This document shows, in pieces, positions 40,001 through 50,682 of a stretch of DNA of 64,000 nucleotides. The stretch spans positions 30,422,299 to 30,486,298 of the forward strand of contig NC_134025.1 in assembly GCF_964204645.1 (NCBI RefSeq), written 5' to 3'. Origin of the DNA: Tubulanus polymorphus. Lineage: Eukaryota > Animalia > Nemertea. Every line of letters begins with the position of its first letter. Within the stretch, counting starts at the first letter, position 1. Both the position numbers and the translations under genes were made by a program. The notes below the pieces were generated by a model that saw nothing but the letters and a program-made list of their open reading frames with translations, had not been told where the DNA came from and did no database searches.

Positions 40001-41240
40001 TAAAAAGTTAACTATCCGTTCTAAATTGGTATTATCTTGAGGTCGCTTTTAAAGTATGAATATTAATGCAAGTCCTTAGCCACAAGGGAGGGACTTATTG
40101 TATCTGGGATGGTAAGGGTTTGGACAGCTGTGGTTTGAGTAATTTCCAATATATATCTCTTTCATGTTCTAGTTTTGATGCATTTTGCTACAGGTCTTTA
40201 GTAAGATATAATTCTTGAGTGAGTCAAAACTGAGGGAAATAAGGATACAAAGTATTCCTGTCCCTCAAAAAGTAAATTCTTCGTTAAAGTTTCAATTGTA
40301 TGTGACTGAACACAGATCACTTGGAATTCTTATCTCAATTCTGGTGAAATGAAAATAAGTGACAAGGTCGAATATTGAGTTGATCCTTTTATTCTGATTG
40401 CATAACAAAAGCCTTCTGACATTTTAGGAAATGTTGCCTGTGACCGTGCTGACTATTACAAAACCGGGAACCTAGGATTGGGTTAGAAGTTATTGCCGAA
40501 ATAGCCAGTCATTCGAATGCTTTGTTGTTGATATTAAATGGGTGTTCAAATGATTGAAAAGTTAGGCAAGCGGAAATCAGTGGCTCTTCTAAATAATACT
40601 CAGCCATCCATGAACCTTTGGAATTTCTCTAAGCATAGATCATTTGAAATTAAGATGTCTGACCTTCAATTTGAAATCAATGAATCTGGAACGAATCCTT
40701 AGCAATAAGGCACAGCTAAATGTCTGTACACTTTTTCGAGGGACATTCTGTAGGCCTATAATAATGCATGTATAGCCTACACTAGTGTGGTGTATATATA
40801 TCATATATATATAGCAGTGTTATACATTTATTGATCATCATTTGGTTACATTGTAGAATATTGTTACTGCATAGATTATAAAAAAGATACATTTAGATAG
40901 ATTTTCAGGGATTGAGATTGTGAGGGTTAGGATTGAGATTGAGAGAAGGGTTTTTATGGAAGGGAGAATGATACGAACTGTCAAAATACTGCCGCAATAT
41001 AATGACGGCCATTTTGATTCAGAATAATAATAGAACTCAATCTATCGATGTTGATACATCAAACTCACAGTCGTATTAACACCGAATTTTTATCAGAATC
41101 TAAGATAGAAATATGATAAGGATAGTGCATATCGATAATTAGGGGGGTTGGCTTACCTGCGACTGGTTAGGGACAGGGGCAGGGGAAAGATCGTGGTCTA
41201 TGTCCCGAAGTGATGCGGTAGGCCGCGCCATAGCGTCCAT
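16078..41240 (-). CDS. CACNB: Voltage-dependent calcium channel beta subunit (SH3-HOOK-GK)
   Basis: Phase-consistent exons (minus): 41157-41240 (MDAMARPT..), 39850-39933 ([23 protein letters not shown]), 24098-24214 ([26 protein letters not shown]), 23246-23368 ([19 protein letters not shown]), 22498-22634 ([15 protein letters not shown]), 20517-20605, 19707-19837 ([10 protein letters not shown]), 18082-18221 ([33 protein letters not shown]), 17774-17886, 17090-17241, 16903-16998, 16078-16776 ([25 protein letters not shown]). Confidence 0.96.
17413..17543. mobile_element. Short MITE-like element with GGGCCCAGTTTCAC terminal inverted repeat
   Basis: GGGCCCAGTTTCACGAAAAAGTTTAA ... TTAAACTTTTTTGTGAAACCGAGCCC; internal sequence related to 7520-7620 and (inverted) 49474-49614. 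Confidence 0.75.
17933..18040. mobile_element. Short palindromic MITE-like element
   Basis: GGATCCAGTTCCACAGTTCTGAGTT ... AACTCCCAACTGTGAAACTGGGCCC; relatives near 3400, 7727, 7865, 8757, 34072, 47701 and 63192. Confidence 0.75.
18954..19001 (-). CDS. CACNB: Candidate CACNB cassette exon ([16 protein letters not shown])
   Basis: ttttcaag|GGT...AAG|gtagaa, 48 nt, phase 0/0 matching the flanking exons; GC-rich island in an AT-rich intron. Confidence 0.6.
21013..21160. repeat. 20-bp minisatellite GAACGCCCGTATGAGGT, ~7 copies
   Basis: Directly visible diverged tandem units. Confidence 0.85.
21843..21877 (-). CDS. CACNB: Candidate CACNB alternative exon ([11 protein letters not shown]), phase 2/1
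   Basis: tatttacag|A CAA ... GCA G|gtataa; same entry and exit phases as exon 20517-20605. Confidence 0.5.
22132..22145. promoter_or_regulatory. Perfect palindromic RFX X-box GTTGCCATGGCAAC
   Basis: Exact match to the known RFX consensus GTNRCC-N(0-3)-RGYAAC. Confidence 0.6.
22319..22448. mobile_element. MITE-like element with ~35-bp terminal inverted repeats
   Basis: GGGGTCAGTTGCTCAAAAGTTGGTTAAAGATAACCGG ... CCGGTTAACTCTAACCAACTTTTGAGCAACCGGCCCC. Confidence 0.8.
22907..23270 (-). repeat. ~60-bp tandem array spanning a CACNB exon/intron donor junction, 6 copies
   Basis: Minus-strand unit TAAAGATTTCTTACATATAAAAGAG|GTATTTCATCCT(C)nATGTTTTATATACAG; the first copy is the true end of exon 23246-23368. 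Confidence 0.95.
24521..24580 (-). CDS. CACNB: Candidate alternative first coding exon of CACNB ([20 protein letters not shown])
   Basis: ATG in aggATGG context, 60 nt open, AAG|gtaaag phase-0 donor, 300 nt upstream of the shared GSADS exon. Confidence 0.55.
25108..25466. promoter_or_regulatory. Cluster of three full CRE palindromes (TGACGTCACG)
   Basis: TGACGTCA at 25108, 25195 and 25457. Confidence 0.5.
27060..27150 (-). mobile_element. Degenerate tRNA-derived SINE-like head
   Basis: Minus strand shows an A-box-like GTTGTTGGTAAG and a B-box-like GTTCAAACCCC at tRNA-like spacing; no complete cloverleaf. Confidence 0.3.
27898..28098. repeat. 21-bp minisatellite GGRTCCACCCATACRCTGART, ~9 copies
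   Basis: Directly visible; two unit variants alternate. Confidence 0.92.
28632..29130 (+). repeat. 66-bp tandem array with B-box-like core and internal hairpin, ~8 copies
   Basis: Unit GTCTCTCATCAATCAGGGGTTCATGGGTTCAAACCTYATCAAAACCCCTGAGCAAACATTTCACTA. Confidence 0.93.
29744..29821 (-). CDS. CACNB: Candidate alternative first coding exon of CACNB ([26 protein letters not shown])
   Basis: 78 nt open from ATG to a consensus TCG|gtaagt phase-0 donor, downstream of a CpG-rich 5'UTR/promoter-like stretch (29830-30300). Confidence 0.6.
30961..31002 (-). CDS. CACNB: Candidate internal CACNB exon ([14 protein letters not shown])
   Basis: tttttacag|AAA...CAG|gtaact, 42 nt, phase 0/0, TGCATG 18 nt downstream of the donor. 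Confidence 0.6.
31537..32972. repeat. 21-bp G-rich minisatellite GGAGGATTGATACCYGAGTGG, ~68 copies
   Basis: Directly visible; explains the spurious GINPPHS and GGLIPEW ORFs. Confidence 0.97.
33250..33592. repeat. 27-bp minisatellite CAGCTACCGATCAGACCGCAGCAGCTA, ~12-13 copies
   Basis: Directly visible. Confidence 0.95.
35077..35985. repeat. 30-bp minisatellite GGATACAGGGTGTTACTAAAYAGGGCT, ~30 copies with variant units
   Basis: Directly visible. Confidence 0.96.
36348..36412. repeat. (GACR)n / (GA)n microsatellite
   Basis: Directly visible. Confidence 0.85.
37130..37232. repeat. 24-bp repeat TGTGAGGGCTTGGGAGTTAGACCC x4
   Basis: Directly visible. Confidence 0.9.
37896..38390. repeat. C-rich 28/36-bp compound minisatellite (CCCCTATYCCTCRCCCCGGGACC..CATCA)
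   Basis: Directly visible. Confidence 0.9.
38650..38997. repeat. ~20-bp minisatellite GGGGGATACTGTCTAGTCC
   Basis: Directly visible, ~16 copies. Confidence 0.92.
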
Positions 41241-41429
41241 ATCCTATACATTCCAGCTCCAGCCACTATTTATGAGCGTAGATTGAATCCACGAGACACC
41301 CATGTGAACATTGGAAAGATTATATTTGATAACAGGCGTTAATCCGTTCGGTGTATTTCGGAGATAATCTGGTTGGTATTTGTGGTTATGAATCGCTGCT
41401 GATGCTGCTGTGATGCAGTGACTGAGCTC

Positions 41430-42260
41430 AGAACGGGTGCGGTTCGAAATCCGGTCACTTCCGGGTTATCAATATTACAATTTACAAATCAATCAAATAA
41501 TCCTCCGGAATTTCGCAAATATCGAATAAAAATCGTTTTATTTGCCGTAAATTGAATACAAAATCGTCAAAGACTGTCGGTTTTTGGAAGCGAGAGTGAT
41601 GCCGACCGAATTCCGACTACCCGTACGGCGCTACCAATGACGAACTTTCGCTGTCTATTTGTTAAGCGAATTTTCATTGGATAAACGCAAAAACCCTGTA
41701 CAGGCTTTTTTACCCCCAAAAATCCGTTCACTAGAGGGCTCTAATGGTCAACCGTTTTTTTCTACTACCAGAACACCCTGGCCCCTGGGGTTGATATAAA
41801 CATCTCAATATGTGAGTCAATCCACCCGGTCTCCTGTTCAATGCTCGAATCAAATTGTGTGGTTTGAAGAGAAAATTAATAGAACATTGACTGGACAATA
41901 GAAATTAGTATTTCTATAGCAATTTTCATTTAGAAAATTCCTGATATGGAATTTTAATTGCGTCATTGGAGAATCATTCAAAACTGTGTAAGTTCTTCGT
42001 TCAATATTAAGTGGGAAAATGCATCAAATCCAATCAAGTATAGGAACTTAAGGAGAAGGGTTAGCAATGAGAAAAAAAAAACAATATTCATCCCTAGTTG
42101 GCGTCGAACCTGGGTCGCAAGGTTCGAGGGTCCGCAGATCCGTACTACTACCCCACCTAGCGGCCGATCTCAGAACTAACCGGAAGTGTAATTAATCGTT
42201 CCAAGATCGTTTTTCTTTTTCGATTTTTTTCCAATTTACCCGGATATCCAAGTGATCCTA
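41430..42260. promoter_or_regulatory. Divergent promoter region between CACNB and SF3A3
   Basis: Head-to-head start codons about 1 kb apart; ETS-type CCGGAAGTG on each side (41456 minus, 42181 plus). Confidence 0.55.
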
Positions 42261-42269
42261 GTGGACAGA

Positions 42270-45200
42270 ATGGAGACCCTGTTAGAACAACAGCGTCGCT
42301 ATCACGAGGAGAGGGAAAGATTAATGGACGCTATGACTAAACAGATGCTGCATCCTTCTAAAACCGTACGTTTTCGTTTACCAATACAATTCAATTAAGA
42401 TTTATTGCTACATTTCCTAATATTTTTTACGCGTTAACATTCGATTTATGTTCGTTTTTTAGCACCGAGAACACATAAATTCGGATCACATGTTAAAACA
42501 GTTACTTGATGTAAGTGAAATGACATGATTTGCTGTGGTCAGATTTGATTTATATTTGTTTTTATCTGCTCTGCTGCCATTCTGGCACTGCTTTTTTGCA
42601 GTTTTGTCATTGTCATTAATTAATAAGGGGTAAATAATTTATTTTCATTAGAGATATATGGAATCCACCACAGAACTTAAAGATCTTTACGATGATAAAG
42701 ATGGGTAAGATCGATTACCGCGGATTGTCAGATCAAGTCTAACAGATTGTAAAATTGACATTTTCACGAATGATTTTCTATTTCTTGCAGATTAAGAAAA
42801 GAAGAAGTCCAGTCATTAAGTGGACCGAATGAATTCGCTGAATTCTATTCAAGATTAAAAGCGATAAAAGAATTTCACAGAAAACATCCGAATGAGGTAA
42901 AATATTGGATAAAACAGGGTGGCGCCACTTACCTGGAAATAAGGAAAAGTCACGGAATTTCCTTTTCTTTAAAAAAGTACGGGAATTTTGTAAAAAAAAC
43001 GCTAAAGATGAGGGACTCGGGGAAATTTAAGATTGCTAGATAACTTGCGGCCACTATGTATAAACTTCAATGTGAATTTCATAATTTCTTCTCTTAATTT
43101 TACGATGATATCGATTGTTGTTCATAGATCAGTGTACCGATGTCTGTTGAATTTGAAGAGTTGAACAATATCAGAGAAAAACCATCGGAAGAATTTCAGA
43201 GTAAGTTACAGCTAGTCTATTTGAGGAACAGTTTATTCTAGAACGGACTATATTCAAAAGATTTGATTTTTAGATATGGTTGATTTCACCGATGAAGAAG
43301 GTTACGGCAAATACCTCGATATGCATGAGTGTTACGAACGCTTTATCAATCTGAAAGGAATGGAGGTAATTTATAACTAACCAATTGGTTTTATAGGTCT
43401 CTATCGATCAACAGTCAGTTGCTCAAAAGGTCAACCACTTGAGGAACTCTCCTGAGTTCAGAGTTAACTCTAACTCACAACTGTGGAACTGGATCCTGAG
43501 TTATCTGTAACTCACAACAGTGGAACTGGATCCCGAGTTCTGTGTCTCGAACTCACAACTGTGGAACTGGATCCTGAGTTCTGAGTTATCTGTAACTCAC
43601 AACAGTGGAACTGGATCCCGAGTTCTGAGTTATCTGTAACTCACAACAGTGGAACTGGATCCCGAGTTCTGAGTCTCGAACTCACAACAGTGGAACTGGA
43701 TCCTGAGTTCTGAGTTATCTGTAACTCACAACAGTGGAACTGGATCCAGAGTTCTGAGTCTCGAACTCACAACAGTGGAACTGGATCTCGAGTTCTGAGT
43801 CTCGAACTCACAACAGTGGAACTGGATCCTGAGTTCTGAGTTATCTGTAACTCACAACTATAAGATCCAGTTCTTCCATTGTGTTAAGATTTGACACTTG
43901 AATCAAAACGTTCGAGATTAACTACTTTCAATAGTGGCAAATCTCAATTCACAACTGTCAGGAATCAGATCCAGGTTTTTTATCGCTCTTATTGTATCTT
44001 TCTGTTTTTTTTTTTTCTTACAGAAAATTGATTATCTGAAATATTTGTCGACGTTTGATCAATTATTTGATATCGCGAAGGATCGTAAGAATGCGGCGTA
44101 TCGTAGTTATTTACACATGTTACTCGAGTATCTACAGAATTACTGTCACCGCGTGAAACCATTGTTAGACGTCGGCGAGGAGATCGAGAAAATACGTGAC
44201 GAATTCGAAGATCAATGGACGGATGGTAGTTTTCCGGGATGGCCGGTAAGTTTAGACGATTCCTGCAAACCCTCACACAATCAACTTATGATCAGTTAAA
44301 TCTGGATGATCAGATTTTCCATGCATGCTCAGAAAATGTCTATATCTTTGACTCGAGGTTCAGGCAAAAGCTAATTTATTTTCAAATAAAAGTGCCTGGG
44401 GTCCAGGGCCCAGTTTCACAAAAAGGTTTATCTCTTAAATCGATTTAATTTCTTCACTAGTTCAGTTTATCTTAAATCGATTTAGGCCTTAATCCTTTTT
44501 GTGAAACTGGGTCCTGGCGTTGGTAGTTTTAGTAGTTTTAAATTTTTTCATTTTTCAATCTTATGTGAAGTGCATAGATTACTATCTAGAAAATGCGCTA
44601 TATCCACGAAAATAAATCCTCATTATTAGATAGTCTGATGGGTACAGACACCCGAATTTGACTCTAATTTGGCTTCAAGAGGTTTGTTTAATATAAGTGT
44701 TTGTTTGATTATAGAAAGAAGCGAGTGGTGCTCTTCAACACGTCGGAGCTCATCTCGATCTGTCGGCGTTTTCTTCATGGGAAGAATTAGCGTCATTAGG
44801 TTTGGATAGATTGAAATCGGCTCTGATGGCTCTCAATGTAAAATGTGGCGGGTAAGAATTCAAATTTTTTCAACCAATTGAAATGACAAAAGTATCATAT
44901 GAATTTAAGACATTTTAGTTGTATTCGTTTAATAACTTCAGAACATTGGAAGAACGTTCACAAAGACTGTTCGGAACTAAAGGAAAAAGATTAGAAGATT
45001 TGGATGTGTCGATGTTCGCTAAATCTAAACCTGGAAAAGCCGGAAAAACCAGGTCAGTTTCTCTACTTTTGAGAAAAAAGTTTCTAAAAAAAACTTAAAT
45101 ATTCTAATGACGCTGATGAGTTTATGGTGTTTGAATGATGTTTGACAGGGATTCTGAACGACACAAAGAAATAGCGTTTCTGGAATGTCAAGTTTACCGA

Positions 45201-46207
45201 TTGTCAGAAATCCTATCGGAACAGCGGGCTTCAACGCGAGACAATGTGCAACGTAAACAAGCGCGAACCGGAGAGGAAAGAGACGAATCAGACGAGGAAC
45301 ATTTCAGCGATGATGATTCGGATGACGACGAAAATGATATTCCTTATAATCCGAAAAATTTACCCCTCGGTTGGGACGGCAAGGTAGGACGACCTCACAT
45401 CTTTATATATAAAACATCCCTAGTTGTGGAAGTTGAATTTATGAATATTATGATTTTCGATTTCAGCCAATTCCGTACTGGTTATACAAACTTCATGGGT
45501 TGAATATAAACTATAGTTGCGAGATATGCGGTAATTATACGTACAGGGGACCTAAAGCATTCCAGAGACATTTCGCTGTAAGTTCACAGTTCATCAACCA
45601 TCGGTTTATTTAACAAGAGAAAACTAGCTGCAGTTGTCGTAGCTAGGATGAACATCTTAATATCTAAATGACGACTTAACTGAGTTGGATGAAGTCAGAT
45701 CTGACTTGAGTGGAATTAGCTAGTCTGTTAACTGAATAATAATATTGATATTAATTTTGAAGGAATGGCGCCACGCTCACGGTATGAGATGTTTAGGAAT
45801 TCCCAATACGGCTCATTTCGCTAATGTCACATTGATCGAAGATGCTGTGGCATGTGAGTATAATACGCGTACCGACATTTTTGATCAGATTCGAGAATGA
45901 ATCGATTTTGACTTAATAAAAAATGTTTTACGTTTCAGTGTGGCAGAAAATTAAGTCGGCTAAAGAAGATGAAAGATGGAGACCAGATACTGAGGTAAGG
46001 GATCCACTTCCTCTCAAATCATCAGTCAGATCACTGGTATTCGGACTTAACAAAATGCCACTACTCGTTATGCACTAAGATTTTCTAAAAACAGCTCTTA
46101 AATAATGTTTCTAATTGATGTTTTTCTAGGAGGAATTCGAAGACTCAGCTGGAAATGTTGTCACAAAGAAAACATACGATGATTTGAAGAGACAAGGACT
46201 TCTTTGA
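42270..46207 (+). CDS. SF3A3: Splicing factor 3A subunit 3 (SF3a60/Prp9)
   Basis: 14 exons approx 42270-42365, 42463-42510, 42652-42704, 42791-42896, 43128-43200, 43274-43365, 44024-44245, 44715-44851, 44942-45052, 45149-45383, 45467-45577, 45763-45853, 45939-45994, 46130-46207. Motifs [81 protein letters not shown]-stop. Confidence 0.97.
43450..43860. repeat. ~38-45 bp satellite built from a MITE terminal repeat, ~9 copies
   Basis: Unit AACTCACAACWGTGGAACTGGATCCYGAGTTCTGAGT..., matching the arm of the element at 17933-18040. Confidence 0.9.
44406..44515. mobile_element. MITE-like element with GGGCCCAGTTTCACAAAAAGG terminal inverted repeat
   Basis: GGGCCCAGTTTCACAAAAAGGTTTA ... TAATCCTTTTTGTGAAACTGGGTCC. 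Confidence 0.8.
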
Positions 46208-46620
46208 GTTAGAATGTTAACGAATAAATGTTCACTAATCACAGTGAATTATAGCATTTAAATTAATTATTGTAAATAAACTTTTTACACAACAACTCGT
46301 TCTTCGTCGTTTTAGAATAACACGGTTTCAAATTTCCGAAATTCTCTCCAAGTTCCAGCATCATTGAGCAAAAAGGAATCAACATTGCTTCATAAAATAT
46401 ATTTGAATATATAAATCTACCAGCTACAATCGGATTGTGAAAACATGAAATACAACCAAAATCAAATAGACTAGAATTATTCATTGTTTATAAATAAAAA
46501 ATGTTACAAGGTGAACAAATAAAATGCGTGCACTACACATCGACGCAGTGTTTGAATACAGGGACAGTCTAGTTGAGTCAGTTTAAGGAATGTAAATACA
46601 TTGAGCTGAACGTTGAAGAA

Positions 46621-46786
46621 CACGGTTCTAGCAGATCGGAAAAATCAGGGAATTTGAATTTTTGCCGACGAGTGGCACAAGGAACCTCTGATCAGAAACA
46701 ACCTCCAGTGAGGATACTATAATTCAATCGGGGAATTTTTTATCTAAGTTCAGGGACATGGATTCCCTGATCTGTAAGAACCCTGT
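46621..46786. mobile_element. CAGGG-type MITE-like element between convergent 3' ends
   Basis: CACGGTTCTAGCAGATC ... GATCTGTAAGAACCCTG imperfect inverted termini; second copy near 2180-2320. Confidence 0.6.
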
Positions 46787-46936
46787 TAGTAGCACATACA
46801 GTAGCACTTGATTATATAAGAAAAAGTGAATTATTCAATAAATATAAATATTGCTTATGAAAGAGGTGAGTTAAGTATATATTTCAAATGTAAATAGGTG
46901 TAAATTCTCGAGTGAAGAATTCCCTGTCATTTCTAT

Positions 46937-49900
46937 TTATAGCTCATCTCTGATCCGAGCTGCTGCTTCTGCTGCTGCCTTCATTTCATGAGGATCTTCA
47001 GTTTTATCAATGATTTTCTCGGCATCGTCGAGATCTTTCTGTGAAGCACTCAGTATAGCACCGTATTGCATCAGCTGCGATTTGAAATCCTCTCCAACCT
47101 ATAAATAGTAAATATTACACGTCAAAATTGATCTATTGATTAGAGACACGAAGAACCCTGATTAAACAACATGATAAATAATGAACACACATCAGTATAT
47201 TAAACCAAGAAGATACAAGAATTAAAAATTCTAGGTGAATTATGTTGATGATTTATCTGAATGATTGATGACTTATATTTATAAATTGAATTGCAAATAC
47301 AAATTAGGACTGAAAAATAGTGATGGGTTTTGACTGTACAGTAAAAGTCCATGAAACCATCCTTTCTTTCTACCAGTGCTCGCTTTAATAGCAAATCTAT
47401 CTCAAATTCAATGAAAATACACCAAATTTGTTAAATGGTCTCTCTTGGTCCCAATGGTGGCGTTATAACAGACTTTATTTTTAAAGAACTAGCCTCGTTA
47501 CCTGTGTGTTATCCAGGTTATAGGCTTCATTCAACGTTATGTAACCATCTCCATCTGTATCCGCGATTTGGAAGGCTAGATTTATATGTCTCTTGTAACC
47601 GATTCCAATAACTGATGACAAAAACAATTCATCCTAAAACATCAGAAATATACCAGCATCACAACACGTGATTATCACAATTTGAAGCTAGAAATTGCAG
47701 AACCCAATTCCACAGTTTAGAGAAACTCATCGAAAATGAACTGATTTCTACACAAACTATGGAACTAGACCCAGGACCTAGTTCTCTGGTTCTCATGACT
47801 AAGAATTTGAATCTGAACTGAAATTTTTCTAATTTTCAAGAATCGAATCTAATTGACAACTGATATATGTTTATATGTTCATTACCTCAACAAGGATGTT
47901 CATGAATTTCTCGTAGGTTAATTTTCTACTCGGTAATTGTCGTATTCGGTCCTTCATCGCAGATCTGAAATAAACATCACATACAAGTCACATCCACAGA
48001 GATAATAGGATCATTATCAAAATGTAAGAATTTTACTCACATAACTTCGAAAGGCATATCATCTTGATGCGAGAAACCAGGAAATTCAACTTGATCCATA
48101 GTAGTCATTTTATCAGGAATTTTATCACAGTGTTCAATATCAGTGATTGTTTGTATTATTTCATGAGTCCACCAGACATTCACAGCAATATTACTACCAA
48201 ACGAATTCACTTGATGAATCCTGCAAAATTTCACTAGATTTATATAAAAAACAAGTGATAAATAGAATAGAAAAGATGTTTGGAGGTGAAACCTACCATT
48301 TATAAGGTATAAACATACAGTCCCCAGCCGATAAATGAACATGATAAAATTCAACTTCATTCATCTTTTTGTATTTAGTGAAATCAACCCTGAAATATAG
48401 AATAATATACACAGCTGGAACTATAGCTCTCAATATATTCACCATTTAGAAGTGATGTCTAATTAAAGGTTTGGTGTGAGGGTTAGGGTTGAAGTGTGGA
48501 CAAACAGTTTTTAAAAGTGAGTTGATAAAATGTCTAATGTCCAGTGTTTGTAGTTCATTTTCAATTAAAAATTTCTCAGGTGAAATTCTGAACACAAGTG
48601 AAGGGTGGACGATCAGTTTTTTAAAGTGAGCTGATAGAAAGTCTAATGTCTGGTGCGAGTCAGTTCAGTCTGAGGTAAAGGACTGACTAATGACATACTT
48701 ATCAACATCAATAGATGAATAAGCTCCCTCAGGATGATCCATTGGAACATGTTCCGCATATTTATTCGGATCAACGATCACAAATTTCTTCTCGCCACGA
48801 TACAAACATAAAATATTATCAGCGTTATCAGTGTGTACTACAGATTTAGTACCGCCGCTGCTGAACCACATTATCTATAAATACAATACAATCATCGTTC
48901 ATTACATGTAATTCAGTAAGAAATGTAAATAAAAAGATCCGGTTAGGCATTTGAATTTTAAAAAAATCTTATTTAAAAGAGGAAGCATATAAGTATCACC
49001 CGTATATAAAACTGCAAGCAGAAGTCTTTTGTTAAATGAAATCAGGAAAAAACTGAAAGCACTTGAATTAACTGAGATTTACAACAATGAATGAAATGCT
49101 AGTTGTTTATATATTGAGAAATAAAAAATAACCAATACATGAGATGCTTATTGTTAATAAAATTAGATGATGAAATAGAATTGCTGACAGGATAGGGGTT
49201 CAATGAGGAAGAGCATCCACTGGTATCAATAGGGATTGATCGGGTTCTAATAGGAAGAGGTGATCAATAGCGATTGATCGGGTTCTAATAGGAAGAGGTG
49301 ATCAATAGCAATGGATCGGGTTCTAATACTTACAGCTGTTACGATGTGTTTGAGTAGTTTTTCACATTGAAGCGGAGGAGGCACAAATACATCTTTACTA
49401 AAACAGATAAAATTCAAATGTCACTTTACGATCTTAACAAAACAGATTCTGCTTGCAATGAATAACACTGATCTGGATCCAGTTTCACAAAAAAGGAAGA
49501 ATATTAGAAATTTTTAGCTGTTATTGGTTACTTCATATTATTTCTTATTCCACTGAGGAAAACAATTCAAACTTCACCGTTTTAGGCATAAAGTTCTTCA
49601 GTGAAACTGCACCCCATGGGTGAACTCAACTATGACACCGGTCTCTGTGAAACATACCCCAAATAATCAGGAATATCATGAACCATGTATTTATCTGTGT
49701 TATTATAATTTCGCACCCATTCTTGAAAATGCATTTCCGCAGTCGGTTGTAATCGATCTTCCTTCTTACGCTGTTCGATATTCACTTTAGCCTCTTTTGG
49801 GATATTCATCGATAGGAAATATTCATCTGTCCATAAATCATAAGCGGGCGAAACTTTAGCAGCATTTCTCATCACTAACGGTATATTCTTTTTAGCGTAA

Positions 49901-50088
49901 TTATCTACGAGAACTGAACTCTTCGGCCAACCGTCAATTTCATCCATTTTCATCTTCTTTCCGCAACAACCAAATGGTTTCATATGTCCAGAATCATCGT
50001 CACTACTACTGCTGCTATCATCAGCTAAAGTCAAACTTAACTTCAAACACACAGCAATCAACAATGATATCAAGTAGGTCTCATTCAT
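46937..50088 (-). CDS. Uncharacterised secretory-pathway JmjC (cupin-8 type) oxygenase with EF-hand and C-terminal RDEL
   Basis: Exons 49658-50088, 49334-49397, 48699-48874, 48297-48389, 48041-48220, 47886-47964, 47501-47633, 46937-47098. Hydrophobic N-terminus (MNETYLISLLIAVCLKLSLTLA), WFSSGGTKSVVHTD, LSAGDCMFIPYKWIHQV, EF loop DTDGDGYITLNE, ends RIRDEL-stop. Confidence 0.9.
49224..49328. repeat. 38-bp repeat x~3 beginning a few nt inside an intron of the JmjC gene
   Basis: ATCAATAGCGATTGATCGGGTTCTAATAGGAAGAGGTG units abut the donor at 49333. Confidence 0.8.
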
Positions 50089-50682
50089 GTTGATGTGGAC
50101 GCTGTAATTAGACAAGAGAAAACATAAAAGCCACTTTCACTTACCACATTATTAGAACATTTCTTCATCTCAAGCAAACTTTATTGTACATGGATATTAT
50201 GGTGATGCTGCATTTGTAAATTACATCGCCCCCACTAATAAGGATAATCGGCTAATAAAATATATTCCAACGGATAATAGGATAATGATATTATTAGGGA
50301 TAAACTGCCTACGCAAACATGTTGCCGAACACAGTCAAATGCCGAAATGATGATCTACTGAACAAACAACTTTTTTACCGAAAAACTTCCTTATTTGAAT
50401 ATATCAACCTACCTTGCTCAGTTTGAAAGTACAATCTCTCTCTATGACATCGAACTGACAGTGTGTGAATGTATTGTGTACTGTCATCAGCTATACGCTA
50501 CAAACCAGGACGTAATTAAATATATTTGAACAGTCCGTCCCGGCCCGATCATTTCGTAGAATAAAAACAGAATTGAATTGAATGTCTCAGGTGACGTGAG
50601 AGAACCTGCGCCGTAGCGAGACATCCGAGCAGACTATCCGTGAGAGAACCTGCGCCGTGGTGAGACACCTGAGTAAGATGAA

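Noticed and set aside
42090-42170. tRNA-like sequence on the minus strand (GGTTCGACGCC) in the CACNB/SF3A3 promoter; similar at 59645-59715
   Set aside because: No complete cloverleaf or acceptor stem; at most degraded SINE heads, so not called as tRNA genes.
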